Part shown: in pieces, positions 38,622-49,970 of the stretch | How positions within the stretch are numbered: the first letter of the stretch is position 1 | Layout of the letters: each line of letters begins with the position of its first letter | Origin: Callorhinchus milii | Lineage: Eukaryota | DNA: 64,000 nt | Assembly (NCBI RefSeq): GCF_018977255.1 | Contig: NW_024704742.1 | Coordinates: forward strand, 75,952,001-76,016,000 | Reading direction: 5' to 3' | The notes under the pieces: model-generated | Seen by the model: the letters and a program-made list of their open reading frames with translations, nothing else | Database searches by the model: none | Told to the model about the DNA's origin: nothing | Program-made: the position numbers and the translations under genes

Positions 38622-39195
38622 TATATAGCGCCCCTTCACGCAGGGTAGTGTCCCAGAGGCGCCTGACAGTGGTGGAGCATGACGCCATTCCAGGGAGAAG
38701 GGGAGGTGACCGTAGGCACGGTCGAAGAGGAAGGCCTTTGGGAGTGACCTGAATATGGGGAAGAAAGGGGCAAGATGGAGGGATAGAGGAAGAGTGTTCC
38801 AGAGTTTCGGGGTGAAGTAGCTTAAAGCACGGCCACCAATAGTAGAACGGAGGGCACGAGCTACATGCAGAAGGCTGGACAGAGCCAGCCGAGCAGAGTC
38901 AGCGGGTTGTGGGGTAGGTAGGTGCCAGGGCACAAAGGGCTTTGAAAACGAGTGTGAGGATCTTGAAATCAATCTGTTCGAAGATAGGGAGCCTTCATCT
39001 AGGAGATATGGTGGTTGAGAAGAAGGTGGGAGTTATTGGGGTAAAGGAATGTTGGGAGGGAAGATTGGTAGGGGCCGTGGTGGGAGGAAGCGATGGTGTG
39101 GATGGTCTGGAGGGTATGAAGGGGACATAGGGAAGGGAGGAGGATGCAGTCAAGCAGATATTTTCAATCTTTGACACAAAGATGTCTAGGACCTC
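38622..39195 (-). mobile_element. L2-clade LINE fragment(s)
   Basis: ORF 38601..38972 gives TIGGRALSYFTPKLWNTLP...FRSLPKAFLF; (AAC)n tail. Confidence 0.85.
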
Positions 39196-39844
39196 TTTGC
39201 ACTTAAATCGTAAAGAGGAAGGTTAGAATAATTTGTTTAGTTATTGGATTGTGAAACACATGAAAGCAATTAACTGTTGAAGTTGAATCAATTGTCTTTT
39301 TTTTACCACATTTGAAGAATAAGGACATAAAAAGGATTACAGGAAGGCATAGGAGAACAGACGTAGAATAGATAGCTCCTTTGAGGTGAGAACATCAACA
39401 CAAACATGATGATCTGAAGTCCTTGCATTGAAATTACTTAGAATTTCTTATTCCCAAGATCTCAATGCAAAGCCAATTTGTGCTGAGTCAGACTGGGGTT
39501 TATGGCTATAAATTGCTTTAGTGGCACTGAGCCAAGAAGTGAATAATCAGATAGGCTTCCTGCTCCTGATCACTATCCAAAGACCCTTGTTGTCAGGGGT
39601 GTGTGGAGCAGAGTGGGTGCCAGGAACGCACTGGACTGTGATGTGTCAAACAACCTGCTAACAACACGCTCACTGTCAAGGCTCACTGAGTAATAAATAG
39701 CCATTGAACGATTTACCAGAGAAGGCCTAGTACCTATGAAACCATCCCCAGTGAAAACAACAAGGGGGTCAAAAACATCTTCTCTCTGAGGGGTGAGGGG
39801 AGAAAATTGTGAGATAGGAAATATAGAAAAAAAACGTATTTGAC

Positions 39845-40040
39845 ATATACAATACCTATTTACATAGCACCTTTTACATCGGGAGAACATCACAAGGGGC
39901 TTGACAATCCTGGATGGTATCTTGCACAAGGTTGGGAGCCGAGGGGGGTCGGGAGGGAAAGGATGACTGAAGGCGCGGACAAAGAGGCGGGTCCTGTGGT
40001 AGACCTTGAAAGATGTGGGGGAGAGATGGATAGCGGGAGC
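39845..40040 (-). mobile_element. L2-clade LINE 3' end
   Basis: Reverse-complement tail and an FK...RLFVRAFSH-type peptide. Confidence 0.65.
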
Positions 40041-40196
40041 AGAAGGCCCAACTGCCGACGGTGGGTATAAATCAGAAGAAGGAATAATAAAGATTGTTAC
40101 ATAGGACTGCCGATGAAGGGAATCTTTCCACACTATGTAGCTGCAATGTGATGGCTGATGGGTGCAGTATCTACACTTTCGGTTGTTATCACTTAC

Positions 40197-40330
40197 TTGC
40201 TAAAATTAAAGAGAAGACGTTCAAAGACTAACACAGGTCCAGTGCTGCTAAGGATGATGAGCGGCTGACCACCAAAAAGGCAGAAGATGGCTCCAGTAAT
40301 AGCTGTACCCAGGAAGCTCTCCAGCACACC
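40197..40330 (-). CDS. slc4a4: slc4a4 coding exon (134 nt): [44 protein letters not shown](K) (TM2-3)
   Basis: acacag|GGTGTG ... TTTAGCAA|gtaag; phase 0 to 2; SSTGP motif. Confidence 0.96.
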
Positions 40331-40849
40331 CTGTGTCACACAAGGACAGAAGGAACCTCAATTATTGTAATCTTTTACTAGACTTTCCTATTTATGGTAC
40401 TTGCCATGTAAATTAACAGTGTAAAAACATTGAGGGTATATAAAGACACTCAGGAATACCAGTTTGTTAACTTATAACAAGAATTAGACATAGACTTACA
40501 TCATCTATATCTTTAAGTTTCATTGAAGAGCCAGATGGGCCAACCATCAATAATGACTGGCTTACTGTAGACCATCTGGTTTTGCTGTGGTCCTTCCCAC
40601 TTCTGTAGTGCCTGACACATGCAGAAATCCATCTCCATGTTTAAGAGTATCCAAACCAAGCTCCTGAGAGTCCCATGCATGTGAATTTATATTTGTCTAG
40701 TATGGAGTGCGCACTCTTTCCCCAAAGGGACTCACCCTGTGCAGCTAATCAGAGAGATTAGGTTTGTAAATTCCGGTTTGTAAGATTTTCAGACGCCCAG
40801 GTAAGCTTTGAGTTACAGCTGCAGTTTAACCAGCTATTGCGAGATAACA

Positions 40850-40986
40850 AAGGGAGAAGGGAATAGAGGGATATGGGAGGGAGAAAGGAGTAGCCGGAGA
40901 CTCATGTGGAATAAAAACACTGGCACGGACCGGTTGTGCTGAGTGGCCTGTTTCCTTGTTATGCAGTCCATGTAAATCTATGTAAA
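40850..40986 (+). mobile_element. CR1-like 3' end
   Basis: GAATAGAGGGATATGG ... GCTGAGTGGCCTGTTTCC ... (CTATGTAA)-type short tail repeat. Confidence 0.5.
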
Positions 40987-41826
40987 ACCAGGCAGCTTGC
41001 CACTTTTAGCATAATTTATAAAATAATTATCATAACCTTCACATTTTATGAAGGTATTAAGTAGGTTTCCCCTCCTGCATCAAGTTTCTTACACATGACA
41101 GTCAAAGCAAATCTGTTCGAAATGGAATTAAACGTTGAACTGAACACAGGATATATCATCCAGCATCTCTTTATACTTTCAGAACTCAGACCTTTGTCAT
41201 CGTTGCTTACTCAGTCAAGCAGAGTGTCGCAGCTTGTATTGAGCAGTTAAGCTTTACTATTGCCTGGGAGAGTTCAGTGAACCTCACTTCTACTTGATCA
41301 GTTTATACAACAATAATCGATACTTCATTTAATTCTCTGTTTAATCCTGAGGCACGGGAATGAGGTCCAACCAAGTGAGAAACATTCTGAAGAGCTTGTA
41401 TTTAACACTGACACCACATTAGCTAGGCCCTCTATGGTATACATCTATAGTTAATGGTCTCTGATTTAGCTGACATTGCGATTCACCATTGTATCTGAAC
41501 AAAGAGAATATGATATCAAAAGCAATGAAGAGACATTTATAATAAATTGTTTCAAGGTCCCTTTGTGCTGGAGGACATAATTTAGTTTGAAGATATCAAT
41601 TTTTCTGGAGACCAATTCACTTCTCTTATAAACGTCACTAAACGATTCAACCTACAGTGGACAGCAATGCTCAATCCCTTCAGCCATTTCTCTCCCCTGC
41701 TGGAGGAAATTTTGACTTTATCTGTGCATCGCAGGCAAGTTCCACCCTCTCCTCACCTGATGGTCACACCACTTCCAGCAGCAGTTGCTATGAAGCTCAA
41801 AATTCCACCCAACTTTAGGCTATTTG

Positions 41827-42005
41827 ACCATTTCGTTTTGAACTTGAAGACTGTGTGGAATTGTGGAAAATTCTTAAAATTCAGTCTCAATTTGGAAGCC
41901 GGTTTCTTTTTAAGACCTGCATGTGGAAAACCGGCTTCCAAATTCAAACTGGATTGAAGGATTTTCCACAATTCTGCACAATCTTAAACTTTAAAAAAAA
42001 TGGTT
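41827..42005. mobile_element. Imperfect palindromic MITE-like element; related copies ~19935-20075, ~23841-24056, ~36375-36485
   Basis: ~80-bp inverted arms, including AATTTGGAAGCCGGTTT / AAACCGGCTTCCAAATT and GAATTGTGGAAAAT / ATTTTCCACAATTC. Confidence 0.65.
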
Positions 42006-42234
42006 TCACAGGCTAATCGAAGTGGAATGAGAAACTCTGAAGAAGGAATCGTGGCTGATGTTCTTTCTAACAGGAGCGTCACAAAACCAATTGTAATTGA
42101 AAACAGCTAACTCAGGACTTGCTGGGATTTGAACATTCAACCTCCCAGTAAGCAATGTGCTGAGAAATGGACTAACAGCTTGACTCACTAGGCCAACAGT
42201 GAAGCTTGCTATTTCATTTCACTTGTTAATCAAT

Positions 42235-42415
42235 AGATAAAAAAATAATTTGGTCACTCAATCCATAACTGTTTGTGGGACACTGCAATTGGCCGCCGTG
42301 TTTTGCCCACAAAATATACAGTCAATTCACTTTCCAGTATATTCTGTGAAATGCTTTGAGCTGTCTTGAAGACGTGATAAGCCATTATATCAAATGCAAG
42401 GATTATTATTAATAA
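42235..42415 (+). mobile_element. SINE 3' half, short family
   Basis: Body and tail shared with 6564-6897. Confidence 0.75.
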
Positions 42416-43224
42416 TAGAATCCATTGGTTGGTGCAACAATAGCTTGTGCCATCTATACAGCTGCAGTGGAAGCTGAACCATTTTGCTTATTTTTTATTC
42501 TTCTCCTCTCCTGAAGGCACTGATCCTGGCCACCTGTCTACCATCCATGCCCAAGTGATCATTCCTCATGTGTGAGTTCAGACAGGCTGAGATAGAACAA
42601 GGTTGGGCTTGGTTCGGCTGCCCTCCCCACCCTCCCCACCTTACGATCACAAAGCCTCCTGAAACTTGCTCTCTGAAGACTCAAATGATTCTTCCCCAGC
42701 ATGAGTTAATACCTTCAGGAGAGGAGCAAGAGGAGCAAATGGGAGGTTTGAGGGAGGAGGAACCGAGAATAATTTCTTAATTGAGAATCCCATCAGAAAA
42801 GCCCCACTGGGAATATAGCAGCCGCTGTCATATGATGCCAAAGTTTCAGGCGCTTTTAATGATCGAGTTTGTTACAAACAGTACAAAGCTCAAAAACAAA
42901 CAATAAGGAAATAAATTATTCAGTAATATAAGATACAGTGAGCCCTAGGGTGTAATTCAATCTTGGCCCTTTGCTAATCTGCTGAAACTGGTTCAGTGTA
43001 GCAGTCATGGACTATGGGGCTGTCAGACCTTTTTGATCAAATTACGTGCCCAACTCAACGTCAGTTGCCTCTTTAAACTGACACCAGATTATTTCCTCTC
43101 TTGCTGCAAGGTAAAGGCACAAGGGCCAGTATAATAAAGCCTCAATTCTGCTGGTTTCACTCATTTGCTATTGCAAATGAAGATGTTAAATTAGTCATGA
43201 ATTAGGAATGAAATAGAGGGTAAA

Positions 43225-43425
43225 CTAGAACTCCATACCGGAGTCCCTCTGAATCACTGTCTCACCTCGTTCAAGACCCGGCTCAAGACCTACCTCTTTG
43301 TCCGCTCTTATGGCCATCTTTTCTCCTCCCCATCTGGCTCCCACCCCCAGCCAGCAGTGTCTAGCACTTTGGGACATCCTCCTGACGGGGAAGGAGCTAT
43401 ATAAATGTTTATCTGTGTTGTATTG
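43225..43425 (+). mobile_element. L2-clade LINE 3' end
   Basis: TTCAAGACCCGGCTCAAGACCTACCTCTTT ... GGGACATCCTCCTGACG tail. Confidence 0.7.
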
Positions 43426-44621
43426 TAGACACCTCCATGGAACGCTGTACATCAGAGGCTTGTAAATTTGGGTTCCAGTCCATGCTGAATTAGCTGATCT
43501 CTTACTATTGGCTTCAGTACATTACATTTGCTACAGCACCTTTTGATGTCACCAAAACATCTCAAAGATGGGTTTATTGTGTAGTGGCTGTGTAGCTGTG
43601 TAGTGGTTGTGAATGAGCAGTCAATTTGTGCACAAAAATGTCGCAGCGGTCTATTCCAGCAAAAAAGTTGGAACCTTCAGGGCAGAGACACCAGCAAAAC
43701 AGAGACAAGCTCACAGACAGATTTGTGGACTCAACTGGTTTTAAAAACGGAATTAATGTGTGTTAAGTTGCTGTATCCTATAGAAAGAACAACAACTTGC
43801 ATTTATATAGCGCATTTCAAGTCAAAGAAACATTGTGAACTTCTTTTCAAACTAAGATTGATCAGAAATAAATTAATAAATAATCTTTGAGTTTGATATA
43901 GCACCTTATTACATCATTGAGACATCTCAAAGGGTTTTCCGTGAAGTGACTGTATTTTGCAGGTCAACACAACAGCCAAGTTGCATACAGAAATTTGCCA
44001 AACAGAGTGACCAATTCTATTTAGGGTATTGTTGGTTAGGACAAACACCCTTCTCTTTTCGAATAATGTCATGGGATCTTTAACACCCACCTGAACAGAC
44101 GAGATCTCGGTTTAAGCTCTCATCCAAAAGACATCACTTAGTGCAGCTTCCCTTCCTCCCTCCCCCAGCTCCCATGCAGCACAGGATTTACTGTAAAGTG
44201 TAGCGACTGTGCAATTTGTAGTTGCAGTTTGTAAGAAAAAGGCAAGGAAGAGCAGGCAAAGAGCTTTAAGGAAGAACAGGGAGATGCTACAATGAGCATG
44301 GAAACATAACTAAGTAAGCAGTTGTAATGTGGAACTGCTGTAAATAAACTGGTAGCTCTATTCCCCCTTAGGCCAATGGTGCTCAAGCACAATCTGGTGT
44401 GTTTTGTGTCCTCCAAGAAAGCTTTTCAGTTAATGATGTATTTATTCTGATGCTCTTTCACCTACTTACGAGCTTCTTTATAAAAAGAAAGTCAATATTG
44501 AACCGGGACTGAATTGGCCGAATGCCATGGAACTGCCATCACGGCAGTTGAGAGGATCAAATTATAATACATGTTCAGCATATGTTTATGGGACTGTCAA
44601 GTCAATTATGTTTGTCTTGTT

Positions 44622-44960
44622 TGTGAGATTAGCTCAGTTGGTAGCACTTTCACCTCTTGGCTCACAGTCCAGGCTGACATTCCAGGGCAGTCCTGGGGAG
44701 CGTTAGCATTGTCAAAGATGCTGTCCTTTGGATGAAATTTCAAATCAAATTCCTATTTATCTGCTCAAGTGGGCACTATTTGAAAAGGGAAGAGAGTTTC
44801 TCCCAATGTCCTGGCTACAATCCTTGAGATAAAATTGGCATTCACCTCATAGCTGTTTGTGTACCAAAGAAGCTATGAGTCCCTAACAGTAATTACATTG
44901 TGAAGTGCTTTGAATCATTTTGAGGTGAGAAAGTGCCCTAAAAATTCAACTTCTATTATT
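44622..44960 (+). mobile_element. Long DeuSINE copy (degenerate)
   Basis: TAGCTCAGTTGGTAGCAC head, GCACTATTTGAAAAGGGAAGAGAGTT core. Confidence 0.65.
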
Positions 44961-45334
44961 CTCTATTCATTGTATACATTCAAGGTGCAATCCACTCAAG
45001 AGTCACTTTTTGCTCAAGAAGAAACTCTTCACTCTCAGAAGGAGATTGCATTCACAAACAGGTTTCACAAAGGAAAAATCTCTAATGGGCTCTCGCTCCA
45101 CAACAAAACCTGAAAAAGACGTCTGAGTTACATTTGTTAAATGATTTTTTTCTATCTCCTCCTCCAGAGGGTGCTTTCAAAATAATGAACTGTTTGAATG
45201 TTGAAAACAATGAATGTTTCACCCACAAATGCACAGTCAATCCACTTTACACTAGATCCTGTGAAGCACATAGAAATGACATAAAAAGGTGCTCTATCAA
45301 ATGCAATAATTATTATTGATATAATTAACTGATT

Positions 45335-45635
45335 TTAGTAGGTTCAGTGGTAAACTCACTGCCTGGTTTGAAACTAAAGCCTTATAAACCAGGATGACCT
45401 CAGGCTCGATCCAGGCTGTGCTGAGTGAGCTGCAGTCAAGAGCAGTAGTGGGTGTTGGATTGCAAAGCGGAAAATTAGCCAGGGTTCTTGCTCCTGATCA
45501 TCACAGTGACCCCCCCCACCCCCCCCCACCACCCTTCCCCCCCCGGCTGGAAAATGAATGTGAGTGGATGTCAGATGGGGACATGCGAGTCGATGTCAGG
45601 TGGGAACAGGATCAGGTTCAGCCGTGATGTTCTCC
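45335..45635 (+). mobile_element. Third tRNA-derived SINE family (unidentified). Other copies ~2920-3200(+), ~4715-5015(-), ~28300-28450(+), ~32140-32430(-), ~39475-39810(+), ~54340-54585(-)
   Basis: A-box-like GGTTCAGTGGTAA, B-box-like GGCTCGATCC, shared core AAAAT(C/T)AGCCAGGGTTC-TGCTCCTGATCA ... CAGGATC-GG-TC-GC-GTGATG recurring across the window. Confidence 0.6.
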
Positions 45636-46635
45636 TGCAGATTTGAACAACCTGGAGGAAGGCAACCAGTCCAGCAGTCAGAGGTCGCAGATGAATTATG
45701 GATAAATGGACAAGACACCACAGAGAGAGCAACAGCCCACTGCTTCCGCTCACCAGCCTGTAGTGACACATGTGATAACATGCACACTATGCATGCCATG
45801 GTATCACAAGCACATTGTGAAATGTGGTCGGACATGTATATAATCGTGGGTCACTATAATATCTACATTCTCCCACTCGGCGATGTCATCTGCAGACATA
45901 GGATTAAACATGTCTGCAGATGAGCACTGTACTGTATTGCTCTACATCTTTAAACAGAGAGGTACTTTACAAGAAATTAATGGAAAAATACACGTGCTTT
46001 AAACTTGCAGATTCTTGGGCACAGAATCCCAATGCTCTACAACTGACAGTGCTGGTAAAGAATATCACTGCTTTAACAAGCCTGTTGGTAGAATGCATGC
46101 AAAATGAAGTAACTGGGGCTAATGTAACATTCCCAGCAACAGTGAAAACCATTGGGTTGAGTATTTATAGCCTGGTCTAGTCCTAATACTGCTAATTGGA
46201 GAATTACAGATTAGTATCAACAGTGACAATAAAATAGCATTGAATCTCTACAAGGCCTGTGCCAGCTGTCCACTTATTACTTGTGAATCCTCTCTGTGGT
46301 TTCGGTCTGTAAAAATAAGGTACATGCTATAAAGAGCAGCGATATAAAATGGTTGCCACTGCAACATGGGAAGAATTTCCCCACAACCACCACCATACAT
46401 GTATTTATATAGAAATATTGTAGATCTATAGTTAGTTTATGAACATATATAGCGCATGTACAATAGATCTATATCACATGTACAGATACAGTACATGTAC
46501 AGTTACAGAAGATCTGTATGGATCCAAATGGAAACACTAATAGAAACAGTCAATTAACACTAGTGCATAAAACAGATTGGAGTGAAATTGGTCTGACTTG
46601 GTCCTATTGCGTCTCCATTGTCAGTCACCACTTAC

Positions 46636-46810
46636 CTGCATGTTATCAGTTGCATCCCCAAGGAGGCCTCCAAAAGTGATAGCGTTGGTCACAGTCGCCA
46701 AGTAGATGAAGAGAATTGCAGAGAGTGACTGGATGCTCAGAGCATCATAAAAGTCGCTGGCAAACCATGGGGCTTTCCTCTTTATATCTTCCACAAAGCC
46801 ACCGAAGAAC
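46636..46810 (-). CDS. slc4a4: slc4a4 coding exon (175 nt): [58 protein letters not shown] (TM1)
   Basis: ctccag|GTTCTTC ... ATGCAG|gtaag; phase 2 to 0. Confidence 0.96.
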
Positions 46811-47907
46811 CTGGAGACATTGGATAAATGAAAGTGAGTACAGGTGCTGAGTAGGATACTGTAATTACTGTAAGTGGAGAATCTAGTGCATGGAGAGCAG
46901 AAAATCTAGTGATACATACTGCACTCGGCACTTAAGGAGATACACAAGAAAATAGTCATAACCTTTGTAGGTCTCGTAATTAGTGCGTAGGCTTATTCTA
47001 CCCTAGTCTTATTCAGTGGGGTGCAAAATGCTGTAATTTGAAATGTAATTTCTTAATCAGAGATCTAAGTTGTAACTCGGGATTCCTCTTGATCACTGGA
47101 AGTAAGACACACCGACTGATGAGAACTCTGCATTGAAAGTACATCTGGTTTGAGATAAGTCTTCCTGACATGACTTCCGGATAAAAGTCCCCATTTTGAA
47201 ACTTGGTAGTTTGTCAATGTTAAGATGCGTGTATATTTTTATTTAAAAAGGGAGAGTTGGACGAAATAAGCCTCTGGGTTTGTTGTGAAAATGGAAATTC
47301 CAGTTAGAAATTCAGGGTTGACAAGTTCCTGCATTAGCTAAAGTTAGCAAATATTTAGACGTACATCCAGGAATGGAATATAGGTCATTCACTTTATGGC
47401 TGTTTGTGGGATAATGCTGTGGAAAAATTGACTACTCCATTCACGTACAAATACACTGTCACTACACTTCAGAAAACCCTGTGAAGTGCTCTGAATCGTT
47501 TCACCATGAGGTGCGATATCAAATACAAAAATGTTTTGTATTATTCAGCATTTTAATAAAATGATTGATATAAATTGTGGAATTTCCACTCCTAGAAAAC
47601 TGAGTTAAAAAAGTGTTTGAGGAGAAAGATAGTCTATGGAGCTTATTAAGAGCCATTGAAGAGATATTCGTACACCTTTTCTGAACTGCGAAAATATGCC
47701 AAAAGGTGTCAATCATACTTATGAATGGAGGAATTTCTGCTATTAAAAATCTATTACAATTACAGTAAGATCCCGAGGGGCTGCTTAAATGCTGGTGAAA
47801 TCCTCAGTAATACACCAAGCAGTGAGAAATATTGAGTGCAAATACAATTTTCTTCCCTGTAATTTGGAACCCCTGTGCCCATTTCTTTTTAACAAACTCA
47901 GATAGCT

Positions 47908-48345
47908 GTTGGTCTAGCTCAATTGGTAGCATTCTTGTCTCAGTATCAGAAGGTTGTGGGTTCAAAGTTTCTTCGGGACTTTAAACTCATAGTCTAGACT
48001 GATACTCCAGTGCAGTGCGGGGGTTAGCTGCATTATCGGAGATGTCATTCTTCAGACAAGATGTCCATAGACCCACAGATTAAACTGACACCTGGGCTGC
48101 GTGTTCAGGTGGTGCTAAAGATCCCATGTCACTATTTGAAAAGAGAAGGGAGTTTCTCCTCGTGTCCTTGACAACAATCCTCCAGATTAAAAAAATGATA
48201 ATTTCTCTGGGTTATTGCTGTGTCCAAAATTGGCAACCAGGTTGGTCCACAAATACTCAATCACTACACCGTGCATAAAACTCTGAAGTACTTTGAAATG
48301 TTTAGACGTGTTAAGGTGCTATATCAAATGTAGTATATATTATTA
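47908..48345 (+). mobile_element. Long tRNA-derived DeuSINE (SacSINE1/AmnSINE-like), near full length
   Basis: tRNA head (TAGCTCAATTGG ... GGGTTCAAA), Deu-domain-like core TAAAGATCCCATG-CACTATTTGAAAAGAGAAGGGAGTT, shared L2-like tail; family name is from recall, not from a search. Confidence 0.7.
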
Positions 48346-48938
48346 ATACCTTGAGGGCCAGAGATGTGGAACACAAATTTGACTCCACACAATTCTAATT
48401 GTACAAATTCAACTTTGGGCAAAGATAGATTTAAGCTTGCAGAATATAATATGATCGAGGTATGTACACTATAAGCCTTATTTTTGGTTATTAAATATAT
48501 GTAGTTCTGTTCTGTGGGAAGACTTGATGAAAAACAGCTGAAGAATTAAGAAGCACAACACCATAATAATCAACCCCATAATCAATAATAGGGTCTGATT
48601 TGCAAGGCAGGATTCTCAAATCAGTACCGAGTGAATCCTGCAGGTACCTGGTTTTGTCCCTCTCTGACACGAAACTCATGTATGGCTTCAAGATTGTGGC
48701 CTTAGTTCCCAGAAGATCAGTCTCTGGGCAGAGATCCACATTCCAAATCTCACAATTTGAGACATCCTCCCGATACGGAAATCCCTATATAAATGTAATT
48801 TGCATTGGATCGTACTTTGGACCATACTTTTTCCAGCCATTTCCTTCTTAGGGTGTTCCAGATCAGTGAACCGAGCCAGTTTTCAGTCAGCTTTAATGAT
48901 TTTTTTTTAAAGTGATCTTCAGAGATTGTTCTGCTCAC

Positions 48939-49052
48939 CTTCCAGTTTTCTGTAGCTCGTCGCTGACCTGGTGCCCACCACCCCCTTGCCCGCCATCTTT
49001 GGGTGCGTTTCCATTCATTTGGATACTTTCTGCTCCTGAAAACATGTTCTTC
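48939..49052 (-). CDS. slc4a4: slc4a4 coding exon (114 nt): [37 protein letters not shown](R)
   Basis: aatcag|GAAGAAC ... ACTGGAAG|gtgag; phase 2 to 2; Gly-rich linker as in NBCe1. Confidence 0.94.
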
Positions 49053-49794
49053 CTGATTAAAATGAAGACACCATTAAACACTCCTGACTCAAAAACCTTT
49101 CAACTGGATTCACCGGGACTGAAACACATCACTGTTCTATACATTCTGTACGATCTATGGATAGCTAATGAGGAAACTCTGAGGCTTGGGGCTATAGCTG
49201 CTGCAAGGCATTAACCTGGAGTCTGGGTGCGTGAACTCACATTCATTCCACATTCAAGGAACCATTGCTGGATGGGATGGACATGTACCCGAGCTGTGGA
49301 CGGGAAGATGGTGGCAATGCTTTCATTCTGAGCTGTGCTACCCACCAGGAAGCTCCAAAGGGAGTTCCTTGTACCCACCAACCACATGGCAAGGTCTCAA
49401 ACCTGCACTTGTCGGATGTCAAACAAACCACTAGTGACTCTCCTCCTTGGGAGAAAATAAGCCTGGTCTCCTTGGAGCTAAACTGCCTCCAAGGTGACAT
49501 ATTTGGCAACAGAATGTCAGAATAGAGTCAGCCCTCTGTGGCAGTCTCTAGTCCAGTTCCTGAGGCAGGTGGGTCCGCAGTATTCCAGGGCACAGCTGAT
49601 GACAGCACAGCTCATTGACAGGACCTGGAGGGCAGACCAGTCACTAGCAGCAAGGAGTCATCCCACTGAGCTGCTGTTAACCCTGCAAGCCAAAGCCCTA
49701 AGGGGAAGGGTGGTCCGAGCTGCATAAGCAGCAGGAAAGATTGCTGGACAGCAATAGGAATAGTTGTGGTTTTAGCTGGTTAGTTTTAAGACTT

Positions 49795-49970
49795 TCTGGA
49801 ATTAAATAAGTAGGATGTGTCCCTCCAGGGAGAGAGTGTGCATTCTATTCTGACAATCTATCTCTGGGATTTCCATGAGTAGGTGGATGGAAATCTCAGT
49901 TTGGTTTGGATACTCTTAAGCATTGTGACGGGGTTCTCCATGTATCAGACACATAGCTGACCAAACAAAA
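49795..49970 (+). repeat. Unidentified dispersed repeat; inverted copy at 51295-51490, third copy ~60095-60260
   Basis: Shared CTCAGTTTGGTTTGGAT-CTCTTAAGCATTGTGA and AAGTAGGATG---CCCTCCAGG. Confidence 0.75.

Noticed and set aside
39573..40133. 186-aa minus-strand ORF
   Set aside because: Runs through an L2 tail and a SINE copy; a chimeric chance ORF.
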